Shown: piece after piece, positions 42,240 through 59,330 of the stretch | Position numbering within the stretch: the first letter of the stretch is position 1 | Layout: the number at the start of each line of letters is the position of its first letter | Source of the DNA: the human T2T-CHM13v2.0 reference genome, Homo sapiens | Assembly: GCF_009914755.1 (NCBI RefSeq) | Contig: NC_060930.1 | DNA: 64,000 nt | Reading direction: 5' to 3' (one strand) | The notes under the pieces: model-generated | What the model was told of the DNA's origin: nothing | Database searches by the model: none | Seen by the model: the letters and a program-made list of their open reading frames with translations, nothing else | Made by a program: the position numbers and the translations under genes

Positions 42240-42780
42240 AGAAGGCTTATTCATACCTTAGTGCGCATATCAGACACTTCTTATGTACCACTTCAAGTTC
42301 TCTCAGCCTTATCTCTCTTGTTGCAGTCAGGTGTGGACCAGCTGTGTGTGTGAGTGTGACAGATTTCACAAAGACACAAGCTAAGAGTGCCTTGCTTAAT
42401 GTCTACACTGCTCATTCCTCACCTTCTACCTGGAACTTCCCTGCTGATGTTGAGACATGAGATGCCATCTAACCCCAGTCGGTGCCCTCTCATGTGCAAA
42501 CCAGAAGCTCAATGAAGTTAAGACCTTGTGAGGCAAACGTTTAACCAATAAGACACAGCAACCAGTAGATAGAAGTTTTGTGGGTATTCGCTTCTTTCCC
42601 CTTCTTATGTGTATAATCTTCAGATTCAGTCCTTTGTAACCCTTTTAATTTTTGTAGGCCATCCAAAGATTGTATCAAGATAAAGCAATGGCACTTGATA
42701 CTAGGTATTAATTGTTGCCAGATTATTAATGCACCCACATAATGGTGTTTCTCATTCCCTGACTCATGCTGATTTTCCCT
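42240..42780 (+). mobile_element. LTR16-family ERVL LTR
   Basis: 'gtgcaaaccagaagc...agttaagacc...ggcaaacgtttaaccaataagacacagcaaccagtagata' resembles LTR16. Confidence 0.6.
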
Positions 42781-42815
42781 TACTCCCTTTTTCCCTTTTT
42801 TCTTTCTTTTCTATG

Positions 42816-42993
42816 TTTATTTATTTATTTTCTTGGGGGGACAGAGTATTGCTGTGTCGCCCAGGCTGGAGTGCAGTGGTACATGCAACCTCCACCTCCT
42901 GGGTTCAAGCAATTCTCATGCCTCAGCTTCCCAAGTAGCTGAGATTACAGGTGCCTGCCACCAGGCCTGGCTAATTTTTGTATTTTCAGTAGA
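42816..42993 (-). mobile_element. Partial Alu (right arm and linker only)
   Basis: 'gtcgcccaggctggagtgcagtgg...ctaatttttgtattttcagtaga', then an abrupt end. Confidence 0.88.
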
Positions 42994-43044
42994 AAATAAG
43001 ATGGCCTATGCTCATTCAGAATACATGACTCAAGAGGGTCAATG

Positions 43045-43690
43045 ATGCTAAGATGTCTGTTGTAGGTAACAAACTTGTGGACTGTCTCTGTTAAGCCCTG
43101 ATATGAAAGTGACAGTGCAGACCCCTAAGGTTCAGAAGCAAGGCCATGCCTTCTCTGGCAGATAATTGCTCTTTATTTTAAAAAAGGCTACCTGTATCTC
43201 CTGCATGTTCAGGGATGCTAGTACATTTATGAGAAACTGTAAAAATGAAAGAAAGAATGACCTAAAGTATAGATGTACATGAACTTCTAAGCATTGGCAA
43301 GTAGCTTAGTTATGGTGAGAATCTGGGAAGACCCCAGAATATTAGGGACGAGCCAATCTGAAGAAAGGATATGTAGCAGTGACCAGCCATTTTCTTTGGC
43401 CACTCTAGTGTTTATTCAATGGACATATGAACAAATGACCATTATAGTAGGGATGGAGGTCATGCATGTAACCACAGTAGAGATTGTTATCTCTCACCAA
43501 GACTAATATAATTACTTCCACTGCGAAACGTTTAACCTTCCAGGAGAAGAGACTGATATTGAACACTTAATATGCCCTATTACCTCAAGGGGTACAGTAC
43601 TTCCATTCTTAAAAAGGCAGCAATTTGCCATTATCTCATCAGATATGCACCCTGGGAGTCTGATTGCCTTCTCTTACTGCAGTGCCTCCA
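43045..43690 (+). mobile_element. ERVL internal (pol RNase H / integrase) remnant
   Basis: 'agcaaggccatgccttctctggcagataattgctct' and 'caatggacatatgaacaaatgacc...agggatggaggt...ctcaccaagact' resemble ERVL pol; no open frame. Confidence 0.6.
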
Positions 43691-43699
43691 CTTCTGTAA

Positions 43700-44600
43700 A
43701 TCAGAAAAAAAAAAAAAAAGAAAAAAAAAGTAGAGGGAAAAATGAGGAAAAAAAAGAACAGTTTCTCAGTGAACTGTAAAACAACATCAGTACATGTAAT
43801 TTTAATTCTAGAAAGAAAGAAGAGAGGGAATGGGGCAGAAAGAGTATTTGAACACAGAATGACAAAAATCTCTGATATTTGTTGAAAGGTGGTAAGTTTA
43901 CAGTTTCCAGAAATTCAGTGAACCCCAAGTAGAGTAAATGCAAAAAAGAACCACACCTCGGGAAATTATGGTCAAATTGCTGAAAGCCCAAGATAAAGGA
44001 AAAAAAAAAACTTGTAAGCAGTCAGAGTAAAATCACACATCATATGTAAGGAAATAACAGTGTGAATGTCTACTGACTTCTCATAAGAAGCAATATAGGC
44101 TAGAAGAGAATGAGATAATATTAAAGAGCTGAAAGAGAAAAAAAGTCAGAATTCTATACACAGTGAAAATATCCTTTGAAGGTGGAATATAGGCATTTTC
44201 AGACAAAATAAAAGCAAGAAAATTCATCACCAGCAGATATGCTCCATAATAACTGCTATAGGAAGTTATCCAGGCTGAAGGGAAAGAAATTCAAAAGAAA
44301 ATTCAGATATTTTAGAAATGTAGAGTTAAACCAGCAGTTTTATATTTTCTGTCACATTTTATAAAATATACATGATACAAGCAAAAAATGTATATTATTA
44401 TGAGTTTAAAACATATAAATATAATTCTATAACAACTATAGCATATAAAATGGAGCTAGAGGTAAAAAATGGACCTAATATTGCAAGATTTCTACATCAT
44501 AAAAAAGTGATCCAGCGAAATAGTTAAGAATGCATATTGGGGTCCTTAGAGTAACCACTAAAAACGAATGTAAAGATAGAACTAAAAATAAAATAAGCCC
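43700..44600 (+). mobile_element. Old L1M ORF1-region fragment
   Basis: 'cagtgaaccccaagtagagtaaatgcaaaaaagaaccacacc...gtcaaattgctgaaa...gaattctatacacagtgaaaatatcc'. Confidence 0.7.
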
Positions 44601-45039
44601 TTAATTACTACAGGATATTCATATGATAACTCTGTCAACACTGTCCCTAATGATGCCTGAAGTAATGGAAAATAAGAATATCTGGCAATTAATTCACATG
44701 TTGATAATTCAAAAGCAACTATCCTTGAGAAATTCTAAGCATTCAATGCTTCCCTATGAAGAGAGAATGTGAACAAGACTTAGAATGATAATCTATCAGC
44801 TATAATTTTTTATGTTAACTGGCTACTTTAAGGTATTTCTTATTGCTTTAATACTTGAACATATCCAACATCTAAAATACAATAAAAAATAATTTGACAT
44901 TTAAAAAACAGAAAAAATAAACAATGAAAATTAACTTCAAGATGATCCAATGTTGCCCACTGATACATATTGACACATTGTTACATAACTACAAAATGAT
45001 TTATTGTAAAACTTTAAAATATATATGCATAAAAAGGAT

Positions 45040-45330
45040 TAGTTTTCAACAGGAAGTCAGTATACTACAAACAGTTTAAAGTCAGATGTACATCAGTGAT
45101 CAATTTTTTAAAATGTTTGTTATAGAGAGCAGAAGAGTAGTTATGTGGTTGGGGTGGAGACGGGGTGACTACAAAGTGGTATGGTAGATAAATATTAAAA
45201 GTAATAAAAATAATGTTTTATATCTTGATTGTGGAGGTGGTTACGTGAACAAATGCATTTGCCAGTACTCATTGAACCTGTCACTTAAAAGAGGTACAGT
45301 TTAATATGTAAACTGTACCCCAAAAAGTAA
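45040..45330 (+). mobile_element. Old L1M 3' end fragment
   Basis: 'aatgttttatatcttgattgtggaggtggttac...tgccagtactcattgaacctgtcacttaaaa'. Confidence 0.65.
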
Positions 45331-46853
45331 AAAATGTAGACCAAACTCATTAACTTGTTGTATATCTGGGAAATCAAATAATCATAATCAATAGTTATTG
45401 GTCAACATGAAATTTGACAATAATTTCAGAAAAAAAATATTTTGAGAAAATTATTTCCTCAAATTAGCTATTTAATTTTATAATACAGCAATTTTCTATG
45501 TAACAAGTTTGATCAGAGCACATTTTTCCCCCTTAAGAGGAGGACAGCTTATCAAGTAACACCTGGAGAAAATAATCGGAGGACAGAGATAAAATTCAAG
45601 TAGTATATTTCCTGTTAACGAACCACAAATTGGGTATAAAATGCAGGCTTCAGGAAGATAATACAGGTAGTTGAGAAAATGAAACAAAGTAATAATGCAG
45701 AAAGATTATAAAGAGCTGCAGGTTCAGCTTTGTATCTTTACTATCAGCAAACATAGCGCCAAGTAGATTATAATGGTTTCATCTTTACTTTTCTATTTCT
45801 CTCAAGTTTAATGTGATAGCACGATTTTAAATGCTGAGTTAATTAGATACTTCAGTGTATTAACTTTCTCTCCCTTTTTTGGCAGTTAGTATCTATACTG
45901 TTAAATTCCTCTAGAATCTGTACTTTTATAAATAGTTTACTTAAACTTTAAAAATAAATAAGAGTAATAAATTACTTTGATAGAATTAGGCCCTGTAAGT
46001 TGATTATATTCATTCATCTATTTATTTAAGTACTCACAAACTGTACTATGCAAATGTTACTCCCAGCTACTGAAGAGCATGAAAAGAAATGCAGGCATAC
46101 TGCTTATTCCAAGGACTTCACATATAAAAAAGGAGAGCTGGAAAAAAATTACAGGTAGCAAAACAAGGTCAAATAGAATTAATTACCAAGCAAATTACCT
46201 AGATGCCTATTCAAGATAATAATTGCTAAAAATGCCAATGAAATTTAAAAACTTCTTAGTTTACTACCACCCAAACAAAATGGAACTTGCTTTGATCTTT
46301 AAAGATAATATGACAAACACTGAAATACTTGAACTCTTTTGCAGTTTCTCTTTTCATTTTCTCAAGGACAAATATAAAAATAGTCTTGGAACATATTTTT
46401 TCTATAACTACTGATTAAGAACTTAAACACAGCTTGCATTTTATAACAATGTGTTTATTTTTTAAATTGTAAAGGGACATTTTTGAAAGAGTATATTGCC
46501 CTCACAGCCAAAGAACCCAAACTATTTTATGTTTCTCTTCTGAAGCCACTTTTATGAAACATAAATGCAATATGTTATTGGAAAGAGAAATAAATTTGTA
46601 TGCATGAATTCACACTTTCTTGTGAGCCTTTCCCATGGAAAATACTACACAAATGTACTCTGTGACTACCAGTATTATAAGGTAAATGCAAAATTATTTT
46701 TTGGCTATTACTATAATTAACGTATATGAGCTATGTAAAGGGAGGAGAAAATGAATTCAAACTGAATCTGAATATTCTGGGTAATACACGGATTGCAAAT
46801 GGATTAATACACTAGGAAAGAAGTAACACTGTAGATAAATTAAGAACAAATAG

Positions 46854-47756
46854 GAGGAGCCAAGATGGCCGAATAGGAACAGCTCCGGTCTACAGCTCCC
46901 AGTGTGAGCGACGCAGAAGACGGGTGATTTCTGCATTTCCATCTGAGGTACCGGGTTCATCTCACTAGGGAGTGCCAGACAGTGGGCACAGGTCAGTGGG
47001 TGCGCGCACCGTGCGCGAGCCGAAGCAGGGCGAGGCATTGCCTCACTTGGGAAGCACAAGGGGTCAGGGAGTTCCCTTTCCGAGTCAAAGAAAGGGGTGA
47101 CAGACGCACCTGGAAAATCGGGTCACTCCCACCCGAATATTGCGCTTTTCAGACCGGCTTAAAAAACGGCGCACGACGAGATTATATCTCGCACCTGGCT
47201 CGGAGGGTCCTATGCCCACGGAGTCTCGCTGATTGCTAGCACAGCAGTCTGAGATCAAGCTGCAAGGCGGCAGCGAGGCTGGGTGAGGGGCGCCCACCAT
47301 TGCCCAGGCTTGCTTAGGTAAACAAAGCAGCCAGGAAGCTCGAACTGTGTGGAGCCCACCACAGCTCAAGGAGGCCTGCCTGCCTCTGTAGGCTTCACCT
47401 CTGGGGGCAGGGCACAGACAAACAAAAAGACAGCAGTAACCTCTGCAGACTTAAATGTCCCTGTCTGACAGCTTTGAAGAGAGCAGTGGTTCTCCCAGCA
47501 CGCGGCTGGAGATCTCAGAACGGGCAGACTGCCTCCTCAAGTGGGTCCCTGACCCCTGACCCCCGAGCAGCCTAACTGGGAGGCACCCCCCAGCAGGGGC
47601 ACACTGACACCTCACACGGCAGGGTATTCCAACAGACCTGCAGCTGAGGGTCCTGTCTGTTAGAAGGAAAACTAACAAACAGAAAGGACATACACAGAAA
47701 AAAACCCATCTGTACATCACCATTATCAAAGACCAAAAGTAGATAAAACCACAAAG
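46854..47756 (+). promoter_or_regulatory. L1 5'UTR: CpG-rich internal sense promoter with YY1 site, plus antisense promoter region
   Basis: YY1 motif caagatggcc at 46861-46870; many CpGs retained against a CpG-poor background; promoter function is from established L1 biology, not shown here. Confidence 0.8.
47085..47300 (-). CDS. ORF0: L1 antisense ORF0, intact 71 aa
   Basis: MVGAPHPASLPPCSLISDCCASNQRDSVGIGPSEPGARYNLVVRRFLSRSEKRNIRVGVTRFSRCVCHPFL*, strong Kozak context gcaATGg; expression at this locus unknown. Confidence 0.8.
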   Translation of the reverse strand: MVGAPHPASLPPCSLISDCCASNQRDSVGIGPSEPGARYNLVVRRFLSRSEKRNIRVGVTRFSRCVCHPFL

Positions 47757-48773
47757 ATGGGGAAAAAACAGAACAGAAAAACTGGAAACTCTAAAACGCA
47801 GAGCGCCTCTCCTCCTCCAAAGGAACGCAATTCCACACCAGCAACGGAACAAAGCTGGATGGAGAATGACTTTGATGAGCTGAGAGAAGAAGGCTTCAGA
47901 CGATCAACTTACTCTGAGCTACGGGAGGAAATTCAAACCAAAGGCAAAGAAGTTGAAAACTTTGAAAAAAATTTAGAAGAATGTATAACTAGAATAACCA
48001 ATACCGAGAAGTGCTTAAAGGAGCTGATGGAGCTGAAAACCAAGGCTCCAGAACTACATGAAGAATGCAGAAGCCTCAGGAGCTGATGCGATCAACTGGA
48101 AGAAAGGGTATCAGCAATGGAAGATGAAATGAATAAAATGAAGCGAGAAGGGAAGTTTACAGAAAAAAGAATAAAAAGAAATGAGCAAAGCCTCCAAGAA
48201 ATATGGGACTATGTGAAAAGACCAAATCTATGTCTGATTGGTGTACCTGAAAGTGATGGGGAGAATGGAACCAAGTTGGAAAACACTCTGCAGGATATTA
48301 TCCAGGAGAACTTCCCCAATTTAGCAAGGCAGGCCAACGTTCAAATTCAGGAAATACAGAGAATGCCACAAAGATACTCCTCGAGAAGAGCAACTCCAAG
48401 ACACATAATTGTCAGATTCACCAAAGTTGAAATGAAGGAAAAAATGTTAAGGGCAGCCAGAGAGAAAGGTCGGGTTACCCTCAAAGGGAAGCCCATCAGA
48501 CTAACAGCAGATCTCTTGGCAGAAACTCTACAAGCCAGAAGAGAGTGGGGACCAATATTCAACATTCTTAAAGAAAAGAATTTTCAACCCAGAATTGCAT
48601 ATCCAGCCAAACTAAGCTTCATAAGTGAAGGAGAAATAAAATCCTTTACAGACAAGCAAATGCTGAGAGATTTTGTCACCACCAGGCCTGCCCTAAAAGA
48701 GCTCCTGAAGGAAGCACTAAACATGGAAAGGAACAACCAGTACCAGCCACTGCAAAATCATGCCAAAACGTAA
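47757..48773 (+). pseudogene. ORF1: L1 ORF1p with a premature stop
   Basis: MGKKQNRKTGNSKTQ... with TGA at 48084-48086 (codon 110, probable CGA>TGA); the same frame continues to 48773. Confidence 0.95.
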
Positions 48774-48836
48774 AGACCATTGAGACTAGGAAGAAACTGC
48801 ATCAACTAACGAGCAAAATCACCAGCTAACATCATA

Positions 48837-52638
<3,802 letters not shown>

Positions 52639-53032
52639 ACAATGAGATCACATGGACACAGGAAGTGGAATATCACACTCTGGGGACTGTGGTGGGGTGG
52701 GGGGAGGGGGGAGGGATAGCATTGGGAGGTATACCTAATGCTAGATGACAAGTTAGTGGGTGAAGCGCACCAGCATGGCACATGTATACATATGTAACTA
52801 ACCTGCACAATGTGCACATGTACCCTAAAACTTAAAGTATATAAAAAAAAAAAGAACAAAGTAGCTTTATGGGGATTTATAACATTATTGCTAAATTTTC
52901 TTACTAGACCTCTGTTGGCAAAATGATTGCTCACTAGAAGTTTAACAATTATATATATTTACATTTAGAATTATAGGACTGGTTAGAATAAATACTAGTT
53001 TACCCCCATTGTCTCTAGACCCCATTGTCTCT

Positions 53033-53146
53033 GAGATGGTTTCACCATGTTGGCCAGGCCCATCTCGAACTTCTGGCCTCAAGTAATCTGACTGCCTCAG
53101 GTTCCCAAAGTTCTGGGATTATAGATGTGAGCCAACACACCTGGCC
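53033..53146 (-). mobile_element. Partial Alu (left arm only, no tail)
   Basis: 'gagatggtttcaccatgttggccagg...ctgggattatagatgtgagccaacacacctggcc'. Confidence 0.88.
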
Positions 53147-53466
53147 GATCAGTTGACATTAAGTAAATGAATTACCTTTGATAAGGTGGGTGAACTTCAT
53201 CCAATTAGATGGAAAACATTAAAAACAAAAACTGAGGTTTCCATGGAAGAAATCTACCTGAAAACTGTAGCATCAACCCTGCCAAAAATTCAGCCTGCCT
53301 GCGTACCCTACAGATTTCAGACTGGCTAGTTCATTGTGTGAGTCAAGTCCTTAAAATCTCTTGGTAGACAGATGGATAAATAAATGGATAGATGATAGAT
53401 AGGTGATAGATTAGATAGATATCCTATCTATCAGTTATATTTCTCTGCAGAAACCTGATTGATACA
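53147..53466 (+). mobile_element. MLT2 (MLT2C/D-like) ERVL LTR, 5' part missing, with an internal (GATA)n tract
   Basis: 'aggtgggtgaacttcatccaatt...ccctacagatttcagact...tttctctgcagaaacctgattgataca'. Confidence 0.75.
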
Positions 53467-54004
53467 GTAGGACTTTATTTTTTATCCTTAAGGAATGGTA
53501 GCAGAAAAGAGAAGTATGGAGTAGAGAAGAAAGAGGAAAGACGAGAGAGAGAGGGAGAGAAGGGGGATGAATAGCATCCAGAACCTGAGCCAAGATTGCA
53601 GAAATAGCCATAATTTTAGAGAAATATAATGGTGAAAATTCAACTTTATTTATATTACTGCAAAGAAAATATCTGTATCCTGGAAGTATTTAATAAAGAC
53701 TGCTATAAAGATAACACTTTTGGTCAGTGAGGATCAGGGAATACCAGATTGCCAAAAAATAAAAAATAAAAACACCAGCATGGCACTAAGTTTGCATGAA
53801 AACCCTTAAGCTGAATTAGGCTCTGAGCCATAGACAACATGATAATTTCCATATCCATTTCATTTAGATTTTTCTTGCTAATCATTTCAAATCTGTTACT
53901 GATGGCTTCATCCCACTAATAATTTCTAGAAATCTTAGAAAGAGCTTTGAATGTCCTGAAATTATGAAGTGAAAGAGAAAATACTATCAAGATCTTAAAA
54001 AGCA

Positions 54005-54290
54005 GTGGGGCATGGTGGCTCATGCCTGTAATCTCAGCACTTTAGGAGGCTGAGGTGGGTGGATCACCTGAAGTCAGGAGTTCAAGACCAGCCTGTCCAA
54101 CATGGTGAAACCCTGTCTCTACTAAAGATACAAAAATTAGCCAGGTGTGGTGGCAGTCAACTATAATCCCAGCTACTCAGGAGGTTGAGGCAGGAGAATC
54201 ACTTGAACCCTGGAGGTGGAGGTTTCAGTGAGCTGAAATCGCCCCAGCCTGGGTGACAAGAGCAACTCCGTCTCAAAATATATATATATG
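54005..54290 (+). mobile_element. AluS with a small right-arm deletion and (TA)n tail
   Basis: Dimer; TSD ttaaaaagca (53995-54004) / ttaaaaggca (54296-54305). Confidence 0.93.
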
Positions 54291-54849
54291 TACAATTAAA
54301 AGGCATATGACCCCAGCTAACAACTGTGGTTACAAAGGTGACTATGATATAAGCATCAGTTATCTATTGCTTATGTAGTTAGGTATGACGTTTATTTTTA
54401 AATGGCAGCTTGTGGTGAGCTTCACAGGAATTTAAAATAATTGTATTTCATATTTTAAAAATATTTCCCCAAATGTATTTTTTCCAAAATTAACTTTCAC
54501 AGTCCATTAATAAGTTTTCAAAAACAAAATTAAACTATTAATAGAGTTGAAGAGAATAATTTTACCATATGCTTTTTCTGTTTCAATCATGTACATTGAC
54601 TTCTCGGTTATGATATGCAGTGTAATTTTGGTAAACTTCGACTTATTTGTTTATAGTCTTTCTTTTCTCCAGAGTAGAGTTAACATTGCCTACATAAATA
54701 TTTACAATGCAAATGAAAGCAGGTGCAGTATAATAAATTAAAATTGAGATGAGTATAATACCTAGGCAATAAACTTGCTAATTGTGGTTTTAAAATATGT
54801 TTCTTGGCAATCCAGTAGCCAAAAAAAGAAAAGAAATGGTCACATCAAA

Positions 54850-57800
54850 TCACCTGTAATAAAAAATAGACTGGGTACTCAGAACAATGTAACTCTTCCA
54901 CATGTTGAAGCTACTGAAAGTATCCTGAGTTTTCAAAAGGAGAAGAGCAACTCGTGGTACTATAAACACATTCCTCAGCACCATCCTTACAATGAACAGG
55001 GCAATGAGAATTTCAAAGGCACTTTTAGATAACATCCTTCCAGGTAGGCTGAAAGCAAAATAAGAACAATCTTTTTGTCAACCAAAATTATATAGCCTAA
55101 CTTCCAGATCAGGTTAAGATGGAAAAAGTACACTCTCTCTCCCAGGAAACACCACCAAAATCCCCTGGACAGTGCAGTGAATATAGACAGAGAAATGTCC
55201 ATGAAAAACAGTCTCTTTTAGTCCAGAGAACTCGGAAGGGCCACATCTATGGGATGTATGCACGTAAAAGGAAATCCTCTTTTTGTATTTTCTTTCTTTT
55301 TATTCTCTCAGCATTACCTCAAAGCAAGCCCCTCTTAGGAAACTGCACTCCTGCGAAAATGCGGTGAAATAGCAATAGTGATGGCAGTGACAGTAGAGAT
55401 GGCAGTCACCTAGGTATCTAAAACACTGATAAAAATATTCTCATTCCTGACTAGAGAAACACGAAAGGAGCTCCTGTGGTCAAAGCATATAGGGGGAATC
55501 TCTGTTACTTGTTCTCTCTCTTTTGTCACTTTTCCTCAAAACAGACCTATTTGCAGAAAGCTTGTAACAGTTTGGGAGACAAAATTTTCAGCTTTCTAGC
55601 CAGAGCACCAAAAATTGGTCCTTTGGGAGCTGTAATATGTTAGAGAATTACAGGGGGTGGAGGATACAGAACAAGGTCCCTTAAAACCCTATATAACGTC
55701 CTGAACTTACTCCTGATCTGTACAGGTGAGGGAATGATGTAGAACAACAGAGCAAAGGCTTATGGAATGGAAATACTCTACAGATGGCCATTCAAGTGCC
55801 ATTTGACTCACTCCTGAGGACTGGATAAATAGAATGGACCAAAATAGCACTGAAAGGTGTTACAATCAAAACTAAGATTGGAACCTGCAGACCACAGAAG
55901 GTGAATCTGGACTGCTTCGTGTGACATTAACTAGCAAACAACAAAAAGTACACATTCAGCAGAGGATTTTAACAAGACACAGAGACAAAATCTTCAAAAT
56001 TTCCAGGATACAATATAAAATTATTCAACCTAAAAAGAGGGGGAAAATGTTAAAAATTATTAAGAAAAAAGATCATCAATAGACAATCACAAAAGAATCC
56101 AGATGCTAAACTTAGAAAGATGTTTTAAAGTAACTATTCTACCCGTGTTTTATAAAATACGATGAAAAACTCTTGAAATGAAGGGGAAGATAGAACTTGT
56201 CAACAAAACTGGTAAGTAAAAAACTACCAATAAAAATTCTAGAACTAAAAATAAAAGAAATTAAAACTTCAACAGAGGAGTTCAATCACAGAATGAAAAT
56301 TATAAAAGAGTCACTGAACTTGCAGATGGATCATAGAAATTATCCAAGCTACATAAAAAATAGCTATTGAATAAATGGAGCCTAAGAGACCTGTGTGACA
56401 ATATCAGAAGTTCCAACAACTATGTCTTTGGGGTTCCAAAAAAAGAGAAGAATGTTCTGTACGTGTGCATGTGTGCCTGTGCACACACATAAACACACAC
56501 AATGTAACTTGCTAAACATTACCAAAAATTGGAAAAATATATAAATTTACAGATTCAAAATCTCAGTGAACTCAAGCAGAACACATCGAAAAGAAAACCA
56601 TGACCAGACACATCATAATCAAACTACTGAAAAGCAAAGATTAACAAAAAAAAGTCTTGAAAGTAGCCAAACGAAAACAAAATATTGCTTGCAGATAAAC
56701 AACTCAAATGCCTGAAGAGTTCTCATTATAAAAATGGGTGCCAGAAGACAGTGGAAGAATATTTTCAAAGTATAGAAAGAAATGAACCGTTATCCCACAA
56801 ATCTAGATTTAGTGTAATATCTTTCAGGAATAATGACAAAACAAGGATATTTTTTCTCACTTGAAGGGAAACTAACATAATTTATCACCAGTAGAGCTAG
56901 TCTAAAAATAAATGTTAAATAAATTTCCTCATGATGAAGTACAATGAAAAAAGAGAGAAATTTGGAATTTCTGGAGAGAAAGTAAAGCAGAAGAATTGGT
57001 AAATACCTGAATAAATATAACAAATTTTCTACTCTTATGTAAAATAGGTGTGATTGTAAAAAGTGATAATTATGAGGGTTTCAATGTATGTAGACACAAT
57101 ACATATGAACAACACAAAAATAAACAGTAGAGAATAAAGACATTTATAATGTGATAAAGTTTCTCCTTTTTTTTTTTTTTTTTTTTTTGAGACAGAGTCT
57201 CACTCTGTTGCCCAGGGTGGAGTGCAGTGGTGCAATCTCAGCTCACTGCAAGCTTTGCCTCCTGGGTTCACTCCATTCTCCTGCCTCAGCCTCCTGAGTA
57301 GCTGGGACTACAGGCACCCGCCACCACACCTAGCTAATTTTTTGTTTTTGTATTTCTAGTAGAGACGGGGTTTCACCACATTAGCCAGGATGGTCTCGAT
57401 CTCCTGACCTCATGATCCACCTGCCTCGGCCTCCCAAAGTGCTGGGATTACAGGAGTGAGCCATCACGCCTGGCCAAGTTTCTCCTTTTTACTTGAAGTG
57501 GTAAAATATTAACTCCAAGTGGAATGTGTAAAAAGTTACATATACATGTATGTATGTATGAATATAGAGCAACCATTGAAAAACAATATAGAGACAAAAA
57601 GGCAATATTTTTGTTAAAATGGAATTTTAAAATATTCAAATAACCAAAAGAAGTATAAAAGGGAAATCAGCAGAACAAACATAATAACAATAAAATTAAC
57701 AATCATTCATCAATAATAAAATAGAAGACCTAAACCCAATATTGAGCAAACAGACCAACTAAAAGAGAACATCAGATTAGATGAATAAAATAAGTCACAA

Positions 57801-58100
57801 GATATATTTTGTATCTTTTATATCTACAAGAAACTTTATGTATAATGAAATAAGGTCATTAGAAAAAGGATGGAAAAAGACGCAGTATGCAAACACTAAT
57901 CAAATATTAAAGTGGCTATGTTATTACTAAAAAAGTAAACTTCAAAAGAGGGAAAACAACCAGGGATAAAAAGGTTCACTAAATAATGATAAACTTACCA
58001 GGAAGCCATAGCAATGTCTATACATGAAACTTAGAGCTGCAAAATACGTGAGGCAAAAAATAACATAACTGAAAGGAGACATAGAAAAATCCACTAATGG
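54850..58100 (+). mobile_element. Old L1M 5' region, ORF1 and start of ORF2, highly degenerate
   Basis: A-rich strand; 'gagcctaagagacctgtgtgacaatatc', 'ccagacacatcataatcaaactactgaaa', 'aaaaggatggaaaaaga...tatgcaaacactaatcaaa'; left boundary uncertain. Confidence 0.65.
57167..57475 (-). mobile_element. AluY
   Basis: Diagnostic 'gcaagct...ccattctcc' and 'ttagccaggatggtctcgatc'; TSD aagtttctcc(tttt) at 57157 and 57476. Confidence 0.95.
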
Positions 58101-58395
58101 TATATTCAACAACATAAATGAATCTCAAAAACATTATGCTAAGTGAAAAAAGCCAAACAGAAAGTTTCATATTGAATGACTCCATTTATATGACATTCTG
58201 GAGAAAAAAAATCAAAGCTCTCAGAAAAGTGGTTACCAGGGTATAGAAACAATGTAGTTGGTGAAAATATTTTGGGTGACAATTGCACTTGTTCTACATC
58301 CTGATTGTGGTAGAGGTTATGTAACTATGCTTTATCAAAACTCCCAGAATCATACATCAAAAAGTGTATTTTTATTAAGTGAATTATAAATAAAC
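58100..58395 (+). mobile_element. L1ME-type 3' end
   Basis: 'atgaatctcaaaaacattatgctaagtgaaaaaagcc...ccatttatatgacattctgg...aaaactcccagaat'. Confidence 0.75.
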
Positions 58396-58559
58396 AAATC
58401 ACTAAATTATAGATAAATGAATTGGCGATGTAGCTAAAAATTGCACCCCTCTGTTGCTCTGACTTAATAGAAAAAATTTTTAGAAATCTGAAATAATGGA
58501 TCTCAATTTTCTCAATTAAGAGAAATACTTTGTGCGATAGAATGTCTTTTCTTTTCCTG

Positions 58560-59330
<771 letters not shown>

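Noticed and set aside
52682-52730. G-quadruplex-forming G-tracts
   Set aside because: Standard L1PA 3'UTR feature, not locus-specific
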